A stretch of DNA of 64,000 nucleotides, taken from contig OY760142.1 of assembly GCA_963663225.1 (NCBI GenBank), forward strand, positions 1,508,509 to 1,572,508. Direction: 5' to 3'. Positions 10,451 to 20,784 of the stretch are shown one piece after another (position 1 is the stretch's first letter; each line of letters opens with the position of its first letter). The position numbers were made by a program, and so were the translations under genes. Origin of the DNA: Nitrospirota bacterium (lineage in GTDB: Bacteria; Nitrospirota; UBA9217). The notes below the pieces were generated by a model, which had not been told where the DNA came from, did not search any database, and saw nothing but the letters and a program-made list of their open reading frames with translations.

Positions 10451-10719
10451 CTCCGCTTTCGATAGAAAGTTTGATAACAAGCTCCGGGGAACTCCGGGCC
10501 TTGCTGTGCACATGCTTCAACGTATATTTTTCAGTCATAATAGCAGAAATATCGAAAAGAATTTGTGATTTTGCTCACACGATTTTTTTTGTTTTCGTCA
10601 GCCAGTATGAGCCAATATAAATGCGCTTGCCAGTTGAACCATAACAGATAAGTCTTTACCGGCGAACCGCTCCGGCACAAAATACTTGTTGTGTTATTGT
10701 AAAATATACCTTCGGAAGT

Positions 10720-11688
10720 TCACCATAACTTCGGCAGTTTTTCTATGAGTATGCCAGCACCGATGCGCCTGCTATATCGGTTATAGTCGATAAGACTGAG
10801 GCCATAGCCATCGAAGTATTGAACAAAAAATTTTAAATCGTTTTTAAGCGGTATGGTAAGGTTCAGTTGGGTTGAGCCAAAGTTTGAACGCTCTCGTAGA
10901 TTGTTACGCACAGTAAGAAAGAGGTCTGCTCTGGTTGTTCGGTATCCTGCCGTTAGTTCTCCATAACCCATATAGCGGGTAATATCGGGATTATCATCGC
11001 CGTGTGCATCTGCAGGAGATGATTTCGAGCGTTCGGGAATACGGTACCATGGTTTCAGGATCAGGATAAGATGTTCCCACTCCAGAACAATCTCTCCATA
11101 TATGCGGTTCCAGCTCCGTGAGTCAGATCCTCCCTGACCGTTCGACTCATGAATCACGCTGTATTTTGTCCATATTTTCCCCAATCCGAGAACCGAAGGA
11201 CTGTAACTGAACGTCGCCATGAGTTCCGGCGCATAGTTCGTTTCGCGGAAAGGAGAGGAACCATTGCTATTGAACGCCTGCCAAAAGGAAACTTGTGTAT
11301 AGCCGAAGGCGAGGTTGCCATCTGTCCAGGGGATGGCTGTAATCGGGATCTTGAAGCTTAATTGAAACTGCAATTCCCAATCCTGATTTGCCCGGTCGCC
11401 CCGGCTCAGCGTCCGGTCATATGCCGCAATTGCGTACAGAGGCTTATAGGGGCGCAGGAAAAAGTAGTCGGTCTTTTCAGGCGCCGTGGCGGTAGAATTG
11501 CTGCATACAGAAGCGGTTACGGCCGGTGCTGAAAAAAGAGTACCGCCTGCCGTGCTTTTTGCAGAGGTGGTTTCCAGCAACTCTTCCGCAAGAGACGGTG
11601 AATGAAGCAGTAAAGCGAACGCCAACACCGAAACCAGTAACATAAATCCGGAGCAGCGCCCTTGCAGAAAGAAAGATTTGAAAAACAT
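10720..11688 (-). CDS. pldA: outer-membrane phospholipase A (OMPLA)
   Basis: Signal peptide. YTQVSFWQ and catalytic HESNG motifs. Beta-barrel-like composition. Confidence 0.75.
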   Translation of the reverse strand: MFFKSFFLQGRCSGFMLLVSVLAFALLLHSPSLAEELLETTSAKSTAGGTLFSAPAVTASVCSNSTATAPEKTDYFFLRPYKPLYAIAAYDRTLSRGDRANQDWELQFQLSFKIPITAIPWTDGNLAFGYTQVSFWQAFNSNGSSPFRETNYAPELMATFSYSPSVLGLGKIWTKYSVIHESNGQGGSDSRSWNRIYGEIVLEWEHLILILKPWYRIPERSKSSPADAHGDDNPDITRYMGYGELTAGYRTTRADLFLTVRNNLRERSNFGSTQLNLTIPLKNDLKFFVQYFDGYGLSLIDYNRYSRRIGAGILIEKLPKLW

Positions 11689-11957
11689 TTACCCTCCTTG
11701 CTTCAGAATCCATATCACTCACAAATTGATAATTGCTCTTCCCTAGATTAATTACGACAAGGCAAAACCTATGCCGCAGGGTGAGAAACGCCGGTTCTCT
11801 TTTGCAAGTATGGCCGCAAACATGAGGAATAGTCAAGATCTAAGGAACGCATATACACAAAAAGCGGTGCGTGCCTTGCAGGGGAACTAAATTTTATCCG
11901 GATTTGTCTCTCCTCCCGGCACTTTTACGCTTGAAATCGCCCTATTATTCTGATAGT

Positions 11958-12467
11958 ATGAAATTCTCAGGAGGCATAGTGCAGAGGGCGGATCTTACAA
12001 CCAGATCAGTCGCAGGATTTGTGGATATCCTCCTTATTATCGGATTGGCAAGACTGCCAGACGCATTCGGTTTTTTATCCGCAGCAGGGTACATCCTCAT
12101 TCGAGACGGACTGCTCAATGGTCAAAGCATCGGGAAAAAACTCATTGGTCTTCGGGTGATAGCATACGAAACATCCGGATCTTCGATGAGCTACCGAGAG
12201 TCAATTATCAGAAATGTACCACTCGCCATAGCTTTTTTCTTCTTTTTAATCCCCTATGTAGGGTGGGTTTTGGGCCTGCTGGTCCTCAGCGTGGAATGCC
12301 TGACCGCCCTCGGTGATGACGAGGGGATGAGAATTGGAGATATGCTTGCGAGAACGCGCGTTGTCTGCAGGGCCCCTGCCTCAGAGACTCCAAAAGATGA
12401 CAGGGGACAGCAGCCGACCGATACTGCCCTGACCAATACGGGCGAATCCCCCGATTCACGGAAATGA
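11958..12467 (+). CDS. RDD-family membrane protein
   Basis: Two-TM topology with R..D..D pattern (IRDGLLNGQSIGKKLIGLRV). Confidence 0.5.
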   Translation: MKFSGGIVQRADLTTRSVAGFVDILLIIGLARLPDAFGFLSAAGYILIRDGLLNGQSIGKKLIGLRVIAYETSGSSMSYRESIIRNVPLAIAFFFFLIPYVGWVLGLLVLSVECLTALGDDEGMRIGDMLARTRVVCRAPASETPKDDRGQQPTDTALTNTGESPDSRK

Positions 12468-12590
12468 TGACGGAGAAGAAAATCACAAACAGTTCAGGAG
12501 CCGGTATTGCAATCGGCAGCTTTGACGTCCGAGATGGCTGTTTTCTTGCTTGTAATTCATGTTTAATTTTGAAAGGAGTTTTTGCGCACA

Positions 12591-13616
12591 ATGATTATTA
12601 ATACTATCATGGGTTGGTTCTCAAATGATATGGCGATAGATTTGGGGACGGCGAATACCCTGGTTTACGTAAAAGGAAAAGGAATCGTTTGCAATGAACC
12701 TTCGGTTGTTGCTATTTCCGTGAAGACCGGGAAAGTGCTTGCTGTTGGTGCCGGAGCAAAAAAAATGCTCGGCCGTACACCAGGGGATATTAAAACGATC
12801 CGGCCGATCAAGGACGGTGTTATTTCCGACTTTGATGTTACCGGAGAAATGCTCAAATATTTTATCCAGCGGGTTCACAACCGGCAGCGATTCATGCGTC
12901 CGCGCATCGTTATCGGCGTGCCGACGGGGATCACGCAGGTGGAGCAGCGTGCTGTCAAAGATGCCGCCATCACCTCCGGAGGACGTGATGTGTATCTGAT
13001 AGAGGAACCCGTAGCAGCTGCCATCGGGACGGGACTGCCCATCTCTGAACCTTCGGGCAATATGATTGTCGATATCGGCGGCGGCACCACGGACATTGCC
13101 GTAATCTCGATGGATGGAGTGGTGTACAGCAAGGCCATCCGCGTCGGCGGCGACAAGATGGACGAGGCCATCATCAACTATATTAAACGTAAATACAACC
13201 TCCTCATCGGTGAGATGATGGCCGAACAGATCAAGCTTGAGATTGGATCGGCATATAAAATGGACAGCACCCGTATGACCATGGAGATTAAAGGTCGCGA
13301 CCTGGTCTCCGGCATACCCAAGACGCTCATCCTTGACGACGATGAAGTGCGTGAGGCTCTGGCGGAACCCATTGCCCAGATCCTGAACGGCATCAAGCTT
13401 GCGCTTGAAAATACTCCTCCGGAACTCTCGGCAGACATTGTTGACAAGGGCATTGTCCTGGCGGGCGGCGGGGCGCTCCTGAAGGGGCTGGATGTTTTTC
13501 TCAGAGAAGAAACATCACTTCCCATTATCATAGCGGAAGACCCTCTTACCTGTGTTGCGCTTGGTGCGGGCAAGGTCCTCGACGATGAGGAAATACTGCA
13601 AAAAGTCATCATGTAA
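12591..13616 (+). CDS. mreB: rod-shape-determining protein MreB
   Basis: Actin-like ATPase motifs [18 protein letters not shown] and [21 protein letters not shown]. The track ORF starts at a TTG at 12582. Confidence 0.9.
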   Translation: MIINTIMGWFSNDMAIDLGTANTLVYVKGKGIVCNEPSVVAISVKTGKVLAVGAGAKKMLGRTPGDIKTIRPIKDGVISDFDVTGEMLKYFIQRVHNRQRFMRPRIVIGVPTGITQVEQRAVKDAAITSGGRDVYLIEEPVAAAIGTGLPISEPSGNMIVDIGGGTTDIAVISMDGVVYSKAIRVGGDKMDEAIINYIKRKYNLLIGEMMAEQIKLEIGSAYKMDSTRMTMEIKGRDLVSGIPKTLILDDDEVREALAEPIAQILNGIKLALENTPPELSADIVDKGIVLAGGGALLKGLDVFLREETSLPIIIAEDPLTCVALGAGKVLDDEEILQKVIM

Positions 13617-13677
13617 AGCGTGCCGGGGATATTGCTGTTTGATTACCTGGCAATACTGAACGGAAAGATACCGGCCG

Positions 13678-14484
13678 ATGCTCGGATTTGTCTCGAAGCA
13701 CAGAAAATTTTTTTTCATCTTCCTTCTTTTTGTCATCCTGTTCTGGCTGATTACCGTGCAGGTAAAAAACGGGCGTTTTTTGTTTATGGAAAAACCTGTT
13801 CTGGCCGTGTCAGGTTTTTTTGAGAGAATGATAACCAAAACATTCACGGCTGTAGAAGCTGTCGGCAATCATTATGTGCTGCTTGTGCAGACACAGCGGA
13901 ACAATGAGCGGCTGAAAGAAGAAAATGATCGACTGCGGCTCGAAAGCGCGGTTGTAAATGAGCTGCTTGCCGAAAATGGGAGGCTTCGTGACGCCCTGGC
14001 GTTTAAACAGCTGTACCAGCCGACGTCAATCATGGTCCAGGTAATCGGCAAGGAAATGTCTCCCGTCTCCGCCACCATAACGATCGGCAAGGGCTCCGAC
14101 CAGGGCATCAAGAAGGATATGGCGGTCATTACGCCGTCGGGTGTTGTGGGAAAAGTGCAAACAGCGCTTTCCGGATCGGCTAAAGTCATTCTGCTGACCG
14201 ACCCGGGAAGCACCCTTGCTGTACGAGTGCAGAGAAACCGTGAAGAAGGACTGCTGGAAGGCAAGCTGGTGAACTGCGCTCTCAAATATGTTTCCTACTA
14301 TGCCGATATCCAACAGGGGGACCTGCTTGTCACCTCAGGACTTGATGGCGTTTATCCGAAGGGCCTCGCCGTGGCCACCGTTGTGAAAGTCATAAAACGC
14401 GAGACGAGCGCGTTCCAGACAGTTGTTGCGGAACCTGTCGTCCGATTTTCGCGTTTGGAAGAAGCATTGGTACTGACAAAATGA
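13678..14484 (+). CDS. mreC: rod-shape-determining protein MreC
   Basis: N-terminal TM, coiled-coil, and beta-domain GDLLVTSGLDGVYPKGL. Confidence 0.8.
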   Translation: MLGFVSKHRKFFFIFLLFVILFWLITVQVKNGRFLFMEKPVLAVSGFFERMITKTFTAVEAVGNHYVLLVQTQRNNERLKEENDRLRLESAVVNELLAENGRLRDALAFKQLYQPTSIMVQVIGKEMSPVSATITIGKGSDQGIKKDMAVITPSGVVGKVQTALSGSAKVILLTDPGSTLAVRVQRNREEGLLEGKLVNCALKYVSYYADIQQGDLLVTSGLDGVYPKGLAVATVVKVIKRETSAFQTVVAEPVVRFSRLEEALVLTK

Positions 14485-14993
14485 AGGCCGGCGTATATTG
14501 CGTTTTTTTCTTGCTGATCATTCCGTTTCAATCAAGCTTGTTCAACCCTCTGGCGATAGCGGGAATTAAACCCGACCTTGCATTTTCTTTTCTCTATATT
14601 ATCGGGCTTCTTACCGGCCCTGGTGAGGCAACACTCGCCGGCATGGGTGCGGGGTTGCTTATCGATATTGGATCTTCGAGCTTTCTCGGAGTCACCGGGA
14701 TCAGCCGAGGTCTTCTTGGTCTTTCCGCCGGCCTGCTCGGGAAAAAAGTGCTTGATATTACGAGCCCATCGAACGGCATATTTATGACTGCTTTCAGCTT
14801 GCTGGAAGGGGTTATTTTTTTGTTTTTTCTGCAGATTGTTTACAGCGACCTTCCTTTCCTCAACCTTGTGATAGAGCGTATTCTGCCTCAGGCGATCTAC
14901 ACCGGCGTACTCGGGATTATATTACTGAGATTAATAACCGAAAAAAAAATTCTGCCTGTTCTGATGAGAAGGACTGCTCAAAAGGAGTTGTAG
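14481..14993 (+). CDS. mreD: rod-shape-determining protein MreD
   Basis: 170-aa hydrophobic protein sitting between mreC and mrdA. Start overlaps the mreC stop. Confidence 0.6.
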   Translation: MKAGVYCVFFLLIIPFQSSLFNPLAIAGIKPDLAFSFLYIIGLLTGPGEATLAGMGAGLLIDIGSSSFLGVTGISRGLLGLSAGLLGKKVLDITSPSNGIFMTAFSLLEGVIFLFFLQIVYSDLPFLNLVIERILPQAIYTGVLGIILLRLITEKKILPVLMRRTAQKEL

Positions 14994-16805
14994 ATGTTCC
15001 ACGAAGAGAGCCCCGCCGCAATTCAGAAAAGGCTTCCCCTGCTGGCAATTTTCATTGTTCTCGGTATTGTGGTTCTTTTTACCCGTCTTTGGTATCTGCA
15101 GGCGGTCCGCGGTGAATACTACTATGAGCAAGCGGAGAACAACCGGATCAGACCGGTAAAGCTCAGGCCGCCGCGGGGAATAATCTTTGACAGAAACGGC
15201 AAGCCGATCGTCGAAAACGTGCTGACGTTCGATATCTCGCTCGTCCCTGAAGACGCCACAGACCTCGATGCGACCATAAAAAGACTGTCTGCAATCGTCA
15301 AAGTCGATCAGAACACAATCCGACAGATACTCGATGATGCTTCTACGGTCAGAACGAAATACGAACCGGTGAAAATCAAGGAAGAAGCACCCTGGGACGA
15401 AGTAACCGTCGTTGAAGCACACCTGGACGATCTGCCCGGCGCCATTATTGAGCCTGAGCATCGCAGGCATTATCCGTATGGCGGAACCGCCTCTCACCAA
15501 CTCGGTTACCTCGGCAAGGTCTCGCAAAGCCAACGCAAGCAGCAGCAAACCGACGTCGGATTGCTTACCGGCCAGGGGGGGCTTGAAAAAATCTATGACA
15601 AAATTTTGCGTGGAACGGCAGGCAGACGCATGATCCAAGTAAATGCGGCGGGCAGAAAAGTCAAGGATCTCGGCATCGTGGAGCCCAGACCGGGTGATGA
15701 CATTTTTCTGACTCTTGATCTTGATGTCCAACGGGCCGCAGAAGAGGCGCTCGGCAGCCGCCCTGGTTCCGTTGTAGCAATGGACCCGAATACCGGGGAA
15801 ATTCTCGCGATAGTAAGTCATCCCAATTTTGACCCGAACCTGTTTCCCCGGGGCATTGCTCCCAAAGACTGGGTTCGTCTGACCAATGATCCTTCGCATC
15901 CGCTTTATAACCGTGCAATTCAGAGTGTCTATCCGCCCGGTTCTGTTTTTAAGATTCTTGTTGCACTGGCAGGACTCGATTCCGGCGTGATCGATCCCGA
16001 TGAAAAAATAACATGCAAGGGCTCTATCAAGAGCGGCAAGCATTCCTTCCGGTGCTGGAAGGGTCATGGCCATGGTCCCATCGCATTTCACCAGGCGCTT
16101 GTCGAATCCTGCGACGTATATTTTTATCTTATGGGTGACCGCATCGGGTTCGACCGTATTGCGCAATACGCAAAAAAGCTGGGACTCGGCAGCCTGACTG
16201 GAATCAATCTCCCTGATGAAAAGGCAGGGTTGATACCAACGACGGACTGGAAAAAGAAACGCACTGGTGAGGCCTGGTATGCGGGAGATTCCTATATCAA
16301 CTCCATCGGCCAGGGGTTTGTTCTTGTCAGCCCTCTTCAGGCCGCGCGAATGATCGGCGCAGTTGCGAACGGAGGCCATCTCTATCAGCCGCTGCTGCTG
16401 AAGCAAACCAGGAACAGAGAAACGGGAGACATTAAAACGTTTTCATCAAAGCATCAGGACGTCGTTCATCTTGACCCTGATGCGCTTGCCGAAGTGAACC
16501 GGGCGCTTGCAGGCGTGGTCGCAGAACCGGGAGGAACCGGACATGCCGCGCAAACGCTCTTTGCAACGGTGGCCGGCAAGACCGGAACTGCGCAGGTCGT
16601 TTCGCAGAAGACCCCGGGCAAAAAGCTGTCAGGAAAAACGCAGGACCATGCCTGGTTCGTTGCATATGCGCCGGTTGAAAATCCCAGAATAGCAGTGGCT
16701 GTTTTGGTCGAGCATGGAGGGCACGGCGGCGGAGCGGCGGCGCCCGTGGCAAAAGCGGTCATTGAGGAGTATATGAAAAATGCAGAGCCAACGATGGTTC
16801 ACTAA
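14994..16805 (+). CDS. mrdA: penicillin-binding protein 2 (peptidoglycan D,D-transpeptidase)
   Basis: Transpeptidase motifs SVFK, SCD and KTGTA. N-terminal TM. Confidence 0.9.
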   Translation: MFHEESPAAIQKRLPLLAIFIVLGIVVLFTRLWYLQAVRGEYYYEQAENNRIRPVKLRPPRGIIFDRNGKPIVENVLTFDISLVPEDATDLDATIKRLSAIVKVDQNTIRQILDDASTVRTKYEPVKIKEEAPWDEVTVVEAHLDDLPGAIIEPEHRRHYPYGGTASHQLGYLGKVSQSQRKQQQTDVGLLTGQGGLEKIYDKILRGTAGRRMIQVNAAGRKVKDLGIVEPRPGDDIFLTLDLDVQRAAEEALGSRPGSVVAMDPNTGEILAIVSHPNFDPNLFPRGIAPKDWVRLTNDPSHPLYNRAIQSVYPPGSVFKILVALAGLDSGVIDPDEKITCKGSIKSGKHSFRCWKGHGHGPIAFHQALVESCDVYFYLMGDRIGFDRIAQYAKKLGLGSLTGINLPDEKAGLIPTTDWKKKRTGEAWYAGDSYINSIGQGFVLVSPLQAARMIGAVANGGHLYQPLLLKQTRNRETGDIKTFSSKHQDVVHLDPDALAEVNRALAGVVAEPGGTGHAAQTLFATVAGKTGTAQVVSQKTPGKKLSGKTQDHAWFVAYAPVENPRIAVAVLVEHGGHGGGAAAPVAKAVIEEYMKNAEPTMVH

Positions 16806-17910
16806 CCTGCCCTGGGGCATGGTCGGGCTTGTTTTCCTGATCGCACTGTTCGGCCTTGCAGCGGTATACAGCGCGACGTATACGGTACGAGGCCCTTCAC
16901 CTCTTTATTACAAACAGATTGTCTGGATAGGCATCGGAATGGTTGTGATGTTTCTTGCGCTTATTCCGGACTACCATACGGTTGGGCGTTACGCATACAT
17001 CCTTTATGCATTGTCGCTTGTGCTGCTTCTGCTGGTCATGATAATGGGAAAGACCGGGATGGGAGCACAGCGATGGCTTTCCATCGGCCCTTTCGCGTTT
17101 CAACCATCGGAACTGGCAAAATTATCCATCACACTCGCGCTGGCGAGGTACTTTGCCGATACTGCAAGACACGGTGGGTATAATCTGAAGGATCTGGCCA
17201 TCCCCGGCGTCATGGTGCTGGTGCCGCTTTTGCTCGTGCTGAAGCAGCCCGACCTCGGCACTGCTCTCATGCTGCTGCTGACGTCCTCGCTTATTGTCAT
17301 GCTTGCGGGGATACATCTGCGGTCGGTCGCCGTGGTTCTCGTTACCGGCTTAGTAATCGCGGCGCTTGTGCTTTTTGTACCGCCCGTGCGCAACAAGATT
17401 TGGGGATCGCTCAAGCCGTACCAGCAGAACAGAATCAAGGCTTTCATTGATCCGAGTTCAGACCGGCTTGGGAGCGGCTACCATGCGAATCAGTCGAAAA
17501 TAGCCGTAGGATCAGGCCAGATTACCGGCAAAGGCTTCCGGAAAGGCACGCAAAGTCAGATGGCTTTCTTGCCTGAGCGCCACACAGATTTTATTTTTGC
17601 GGTCATCGCGGAGGAGACAGGTTTTCTTGGCAGCACGATCCTGATTCTTCTGTATCTGATCCTTCTTCTGGTTGGTGTTGATACGGCAAAAAACGCTAAA
17701 GACCGTCTCGGGGTGCTGATGGCTGGAGGTATCGTATCGATGATATCTCTTTACGTATTCATCAACGTGGGCATGGCGGTAGGTATCGTGCCTGTTGTGG
17801 GAGTGCCGCTCCCGCTTGTAAGTTACGGCGGAACTTCCATCATTACCACCTTCCTTGCTCTTGGCCTGCTTCTCAACATCCAGACGAGGCGGTTTATGCT
17901 GTTTTACTAA
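16780..17910 (+). CDS. rodA: peptidoglycan glycosyltransferase RodA (SEDS family)
   Basis: FtsW/RodA topology. Overlaps the mrdA 3' end by 26 nt. Confidence 0.85.
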   Translation: MQSQRWFTNLPWGMVGLVFLIALFGLAAVYSATYTVRGPSPLYYKQIVWIGIGMVVMFLALIPDYHTVGRYAYILYALSLVLLLLVMIMGKTGMGAQRWLSIGPFAFQPSELAKLSITLALARYFADTARHGGYNLKDLAIPGVMVLVPLLLVLKQPDLGTALMLLLTSSLIVMLAGIHLRSVAVVLVTGLVIAALVLFVPPVRNKIWGSLKPYQQNRIKAFIDPSSDRLGSGYHANQSKIAVGSGQITGKGFRKGTQSQMAFLPERHTDFIFAVIAEETGFLGSTILILLYLILLLVGVDTAKNAKDRLGVLMAGGIVSMISLYVFINVGMAVGIVPVVGVPLPLVSYGGTSIITTFLALGLLLNIQTRRFMLFY

Positions 17911-17984
17911 TACGCTGCCACTTCCTTGATGCCTGTGCAAAGTCCAAGAAAATTCAGCAAGCCGCGCGTGTATAAAGGAGCCTC

Positions 17985-20657
17985 ATGTTTGAACGTTTTT
18001 TGCCGCTGGTAAGCAAGCCGGCGCGGTATATTAATGCGGAAATCAACAGCGTTCGGAAAGACTTTTCGAAGGTCAAAACGAAAGTCTGTCTTTTTTTCCC
18101 CGATACCTATGAAGTAGGCATGTCTCATCTCGGATTGAAAATCCTCTATCACATTCTGAACACCCGGGAAGACACCGCCTGCGAACGGGTGTTTTCCCCA
18201 TGGACGGACTATGAAGAGCGGCTCCGCGCCTCCGAACACAAGCTCGCAAGCCTCGAATCAAACCTGCCTCTTTCTGAATTCGACATTCTCGGAGTTACGC
18301 TTCAATATGAGTTGTCATACTCGAATATTCTGACGGCTTTGGACCTGGCAGGCATCCCGCTCCGTGCAGCAGACAGGACCGACAAACATCCGATTGTTAT
18401 CGCAGGAGGGCCCTGCACTATGAATCCGGGGCCGCTTTCCGATTTTATCGATGTTTTTTTTCTCGGTGATGCGGAAGAGGCCGTGCATGAGCTCGTTGAG
18501 CTTAAACAGCAGCATAAACGCCGACAGGTTTTTCTTGAAACCATTGCCCGTCAGGAAGGGTTCTATGTGCCGGAAATCGGCACGAAGGGTGTTACCAGGA
18601 GGTTTCTTGAAAGTCTCGAGCACGCCTCTTATCCGGCTAAACCGGTGCTTCCATTTTTAAAACCCATACACGACAGAGTCACGGTAGAGGTTGCCAGAGG
18701 ATGTATCCGGGGGTGCCGGTTCTGCCAGGCAGGGATGATTTACCGGCCCTATCGCGAACGAAGTCCTGAAACCGTCAAAGCCCTGCTTCACGACTCCCTG
18801 CGTTGCACGGGATATGAAGAGCTGTCTCTGGCCTCGCTCAGCGCAGGCGATTACACCGGCATCCAACCGCTTGTCGTCGATTTGATGAAGCAATACCATG
18901 ACAGCCGCGTTTCGATTTCTCTTCCTTCTCTTCGCGTGGGAACGCTTACGCCGGAAATGGTGCAGGCCATTGCTGATACACGCAAAACCGGATTTACGCT
19001 TGCGCCGGAAGCGGGAACTGAGCGCCTTCGCAATGTCATCAATAAACCGCTGAGTGACAGCGACCTTTTTCGCGCTGCGGAAACTATTTTTAAAAACGGT
19101 TGGAATGTCCTTAAGCTGTATTTTATGATCGGACTGCCGACGGAAACCGATGAGGACCTGGACGGGATCGTCAGGCTCGTCAACGAAATCTTTGCTCTCG
19201 GCAGAAAAGTGTCGAAGCGCGGGGTGCAGTTGAATATTACGCTGTCCTCGTTTGTTCCAAAACCGCACACCGCTTTCCAGTGGACCGGGCAAGCCTCATT
19301 GGAGGAAATACGCACCAAGCAACGCTACCTGGAACAAAGGCTTCGGCGACGCGGTATTGCGCTAAAACCGCATAATGCTGAAATGAGTCTGCTAGAAGGG
19401 GCTTTTGCGCGGGGTGACAGAACGCTCGGCAGGGTGATTCAGGAAGCGATGCGGATCGGCTGTCGGTTTGATGCTTGGAGTGAATGCTTTGATTTCAGAA
19501 AATGGGAGGAGGCGTTCGCAAAATTTGGGGTTGCAATGCCCGATTATGCGTGCCGTACTTTTAAAAAAGAAGAACCCCTTCCGTGGGAATATGTGCACAG
19601 CGGGATCTCCAAAGAATTTTTCCAGACCGAATATCAACGCGCTTTGGCTGCAGAAACCACGGAAAACTGCAGAATGGAATGCAGACAGTGCGGGCTGGAG
19701 TGCAAGGACGGCGGGACCCCATCATTGGGAAAACCGGCCGCGCTGGCGCCGCATTGGGAATATGTGCACAGCGGGATCTCCAAAGAATTTTTCCAGACCG
19801 AATATCAACGCGCTTTGGCTGCAGAAACCACGGAAAACTGCAGAATGGAATGCAGACAGTGCGGGCTGGAGTGCAAGGACGGCGGGACCCCATCATTGGG
19901 AAAACCGGCCGCGCTGGCGCCGCATTCGGCGCCTCCCAAAACTGCATCTGTCGCGGACTCCCAGGAACAGAAATCAAACGGAATCGAACCCTCTGTCCGA
20001 ATCAGATTTCAATATGCAAAAACCGGCCGCATAAGATTTCTTTCACATCTCGACCTGATGACCCTTTTTCATCGGGCAGCAGTGCGAGCGGAAATCCCCC
20101 TGATGTTTTCCCAAGGGTTCAACCCGCATCCAAAAATCGCTTTTAGTCCTGCCCTATCCGTCGGCATGGAAAGCGAAGCGGAATATTTGGATATGGAAAT
20201 CAGCCATCTCACCAGCCTCGATCACATCACGCAGGCGTTCAGTAATGCATTGCCGAGTGGAATACAAATCAGGAAATCACGCATTATTCCTTTAAAAGCA
20301 CCGTCGCTTTCCGGAAGTATCAGCAGGTATGTCTATACGGTCAGAGTTCCAGCCCCTTATTCTGACATCGTCGATCATCGTTTGACGGCGTTCTCAGCCC
20401 AACCAACAGCGCTGGTGGAAAAAGAAGGGAAAAAAAAGGACATCAAACCGCTTATCGAATCGATAACACACGAACCATCCTCTGGCACGATTATCGCAAC
20501 GCTGCAGGACAGCGCCGAATCCAAAATACGCATTCAGGATGTTCTCAAGATTCTTTTTGATGCATCCCCTGAGGATATTCCATTCTTTGAGATCGTCCGT
20601 ACTGCGCTTTATGCAAAAAAACAGAACCAGTGGATAGACCCTCTGGAAAATATCTAG
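17985..20657 (+). CDS. B12-binding radical SAM protein (TIGR03960-like) fused to a DUF2344/TIGR03936-like C-terminal domain; contains an in-frame 57-aa tandem duplication
   Basis: N-terminal B12-binding-like region, CxxxCxxC radical SAM motif (GCIRGCRFCQAG), and a C-terminal about 230-aa DUF2344-like domain. Sits in the rodA-...-rng neighbourhood. Confidence 0.7.
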   Translation: MFERFLPLVSKPARYINAEINSVRKDFSKVKTKVCLFFPDTYEVGMSHLGLKILYHILNTREDTACERVFSPWTDYEERLRASEHKLASLESNLPLSEFDILGVTLQYELSYSNILTALDLAGIPLRAADRTDKHPIVIAGGPCTMNPGPLSDFIDVFFLGDAEEAVHELVELKQQHKRRQVFLETIARQEGFYVPEIGTKGVTRRFLESLEHASYPAKPVLPFLKPIHDRVTVEVARGCIRGCRFCQAGMIYRPYRERSPETVKALLHDSLRCTGYEELSLASLSAGDYTGIQPLVVDLMKQYHDSRVSISLPSLRVGTLTPEMVQAIADTRKTGFTLAPEAGTERLRNVINKPLSDSDLFRAAETIFKNGWNVLKLYFMIGLPTETDEDLDGIVRLVNEIFALGRKVSKRGVQLNITLSSFVPKPHTAFQWTGQASLEEIRTKQRYLEQRLRRRGIALKPHNAEMSLLEGAFARGDRTLGRVIQEAMRIGCRFDAWSECFDFRKWEEAFAKFGVAMPDYACRTFKKEEPLPWEYVHSGISKEFFQTEYQRALAAETTENCRMECRQCGLECKDGGTPSLGKPAALAPHWEYVHSGISKEFFQTEYQRALAAETTENCRMECRQCGLECKDGGTPSLGKPAALAPHSAPPKTASVADSQEQKSNGIEPSVRIRFQYAKTGRIRFLSHLDLMTLFHRAAVRAEIPLMFSQGFNPHPKIAFSPALSVGMESEAEYLDMEISHLTSLDHITQAFSNALPSGIQIRKSRIIPLKAPSLSGSISRYVYTVRVPAPYSDIVDHRLTAFSAQPTALVEKEGKKKDIKPLIESITHEPSSGTIIATLQDSAESKIRIQDVLKILFDASPEDIPFFEIVRTALYAKKQNQWIDPLENI
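19584..19925 (+). repeat. perfect tandem direct duplication, 2 x 171 bp, in-frame inside the radical SAM gene
   Basis: Copy 1 (19584-19754) and copy 2 (19755-19925) are identical by eye. They encode (P/H)WEYVHSGISKEFFQTEYQRALAAETTENCRMECRQCGLECKDGGTPSLGKPAALAP twice. Confidence 0.9.
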
Positions 20658-20784
20658 CCCTGTCTCTTCAGCAGAAGCCGGTTGACCGCCTCAGGCTTTT
20701 GTCCCAGACATTTTTGCTTTATCTCTTGTATTCAATCACATCCTCATATACAATAGTAAAAGATATCATGCATGAGGAGAAGCT

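Noticed and set aside
19468-20146. Track ORFs on other frames and the opposite strand (19468-20034 +, 19561-19977 -, 19583-20146 +) that also show repeated peptides
   Set aside because: They are shadows of the 171-bp duplication inside the radical-SAM gene and have no RBS or family resemblance. The two identical units are protein-coding and in-frame, so this is neither a CRISPR array nor real genes.
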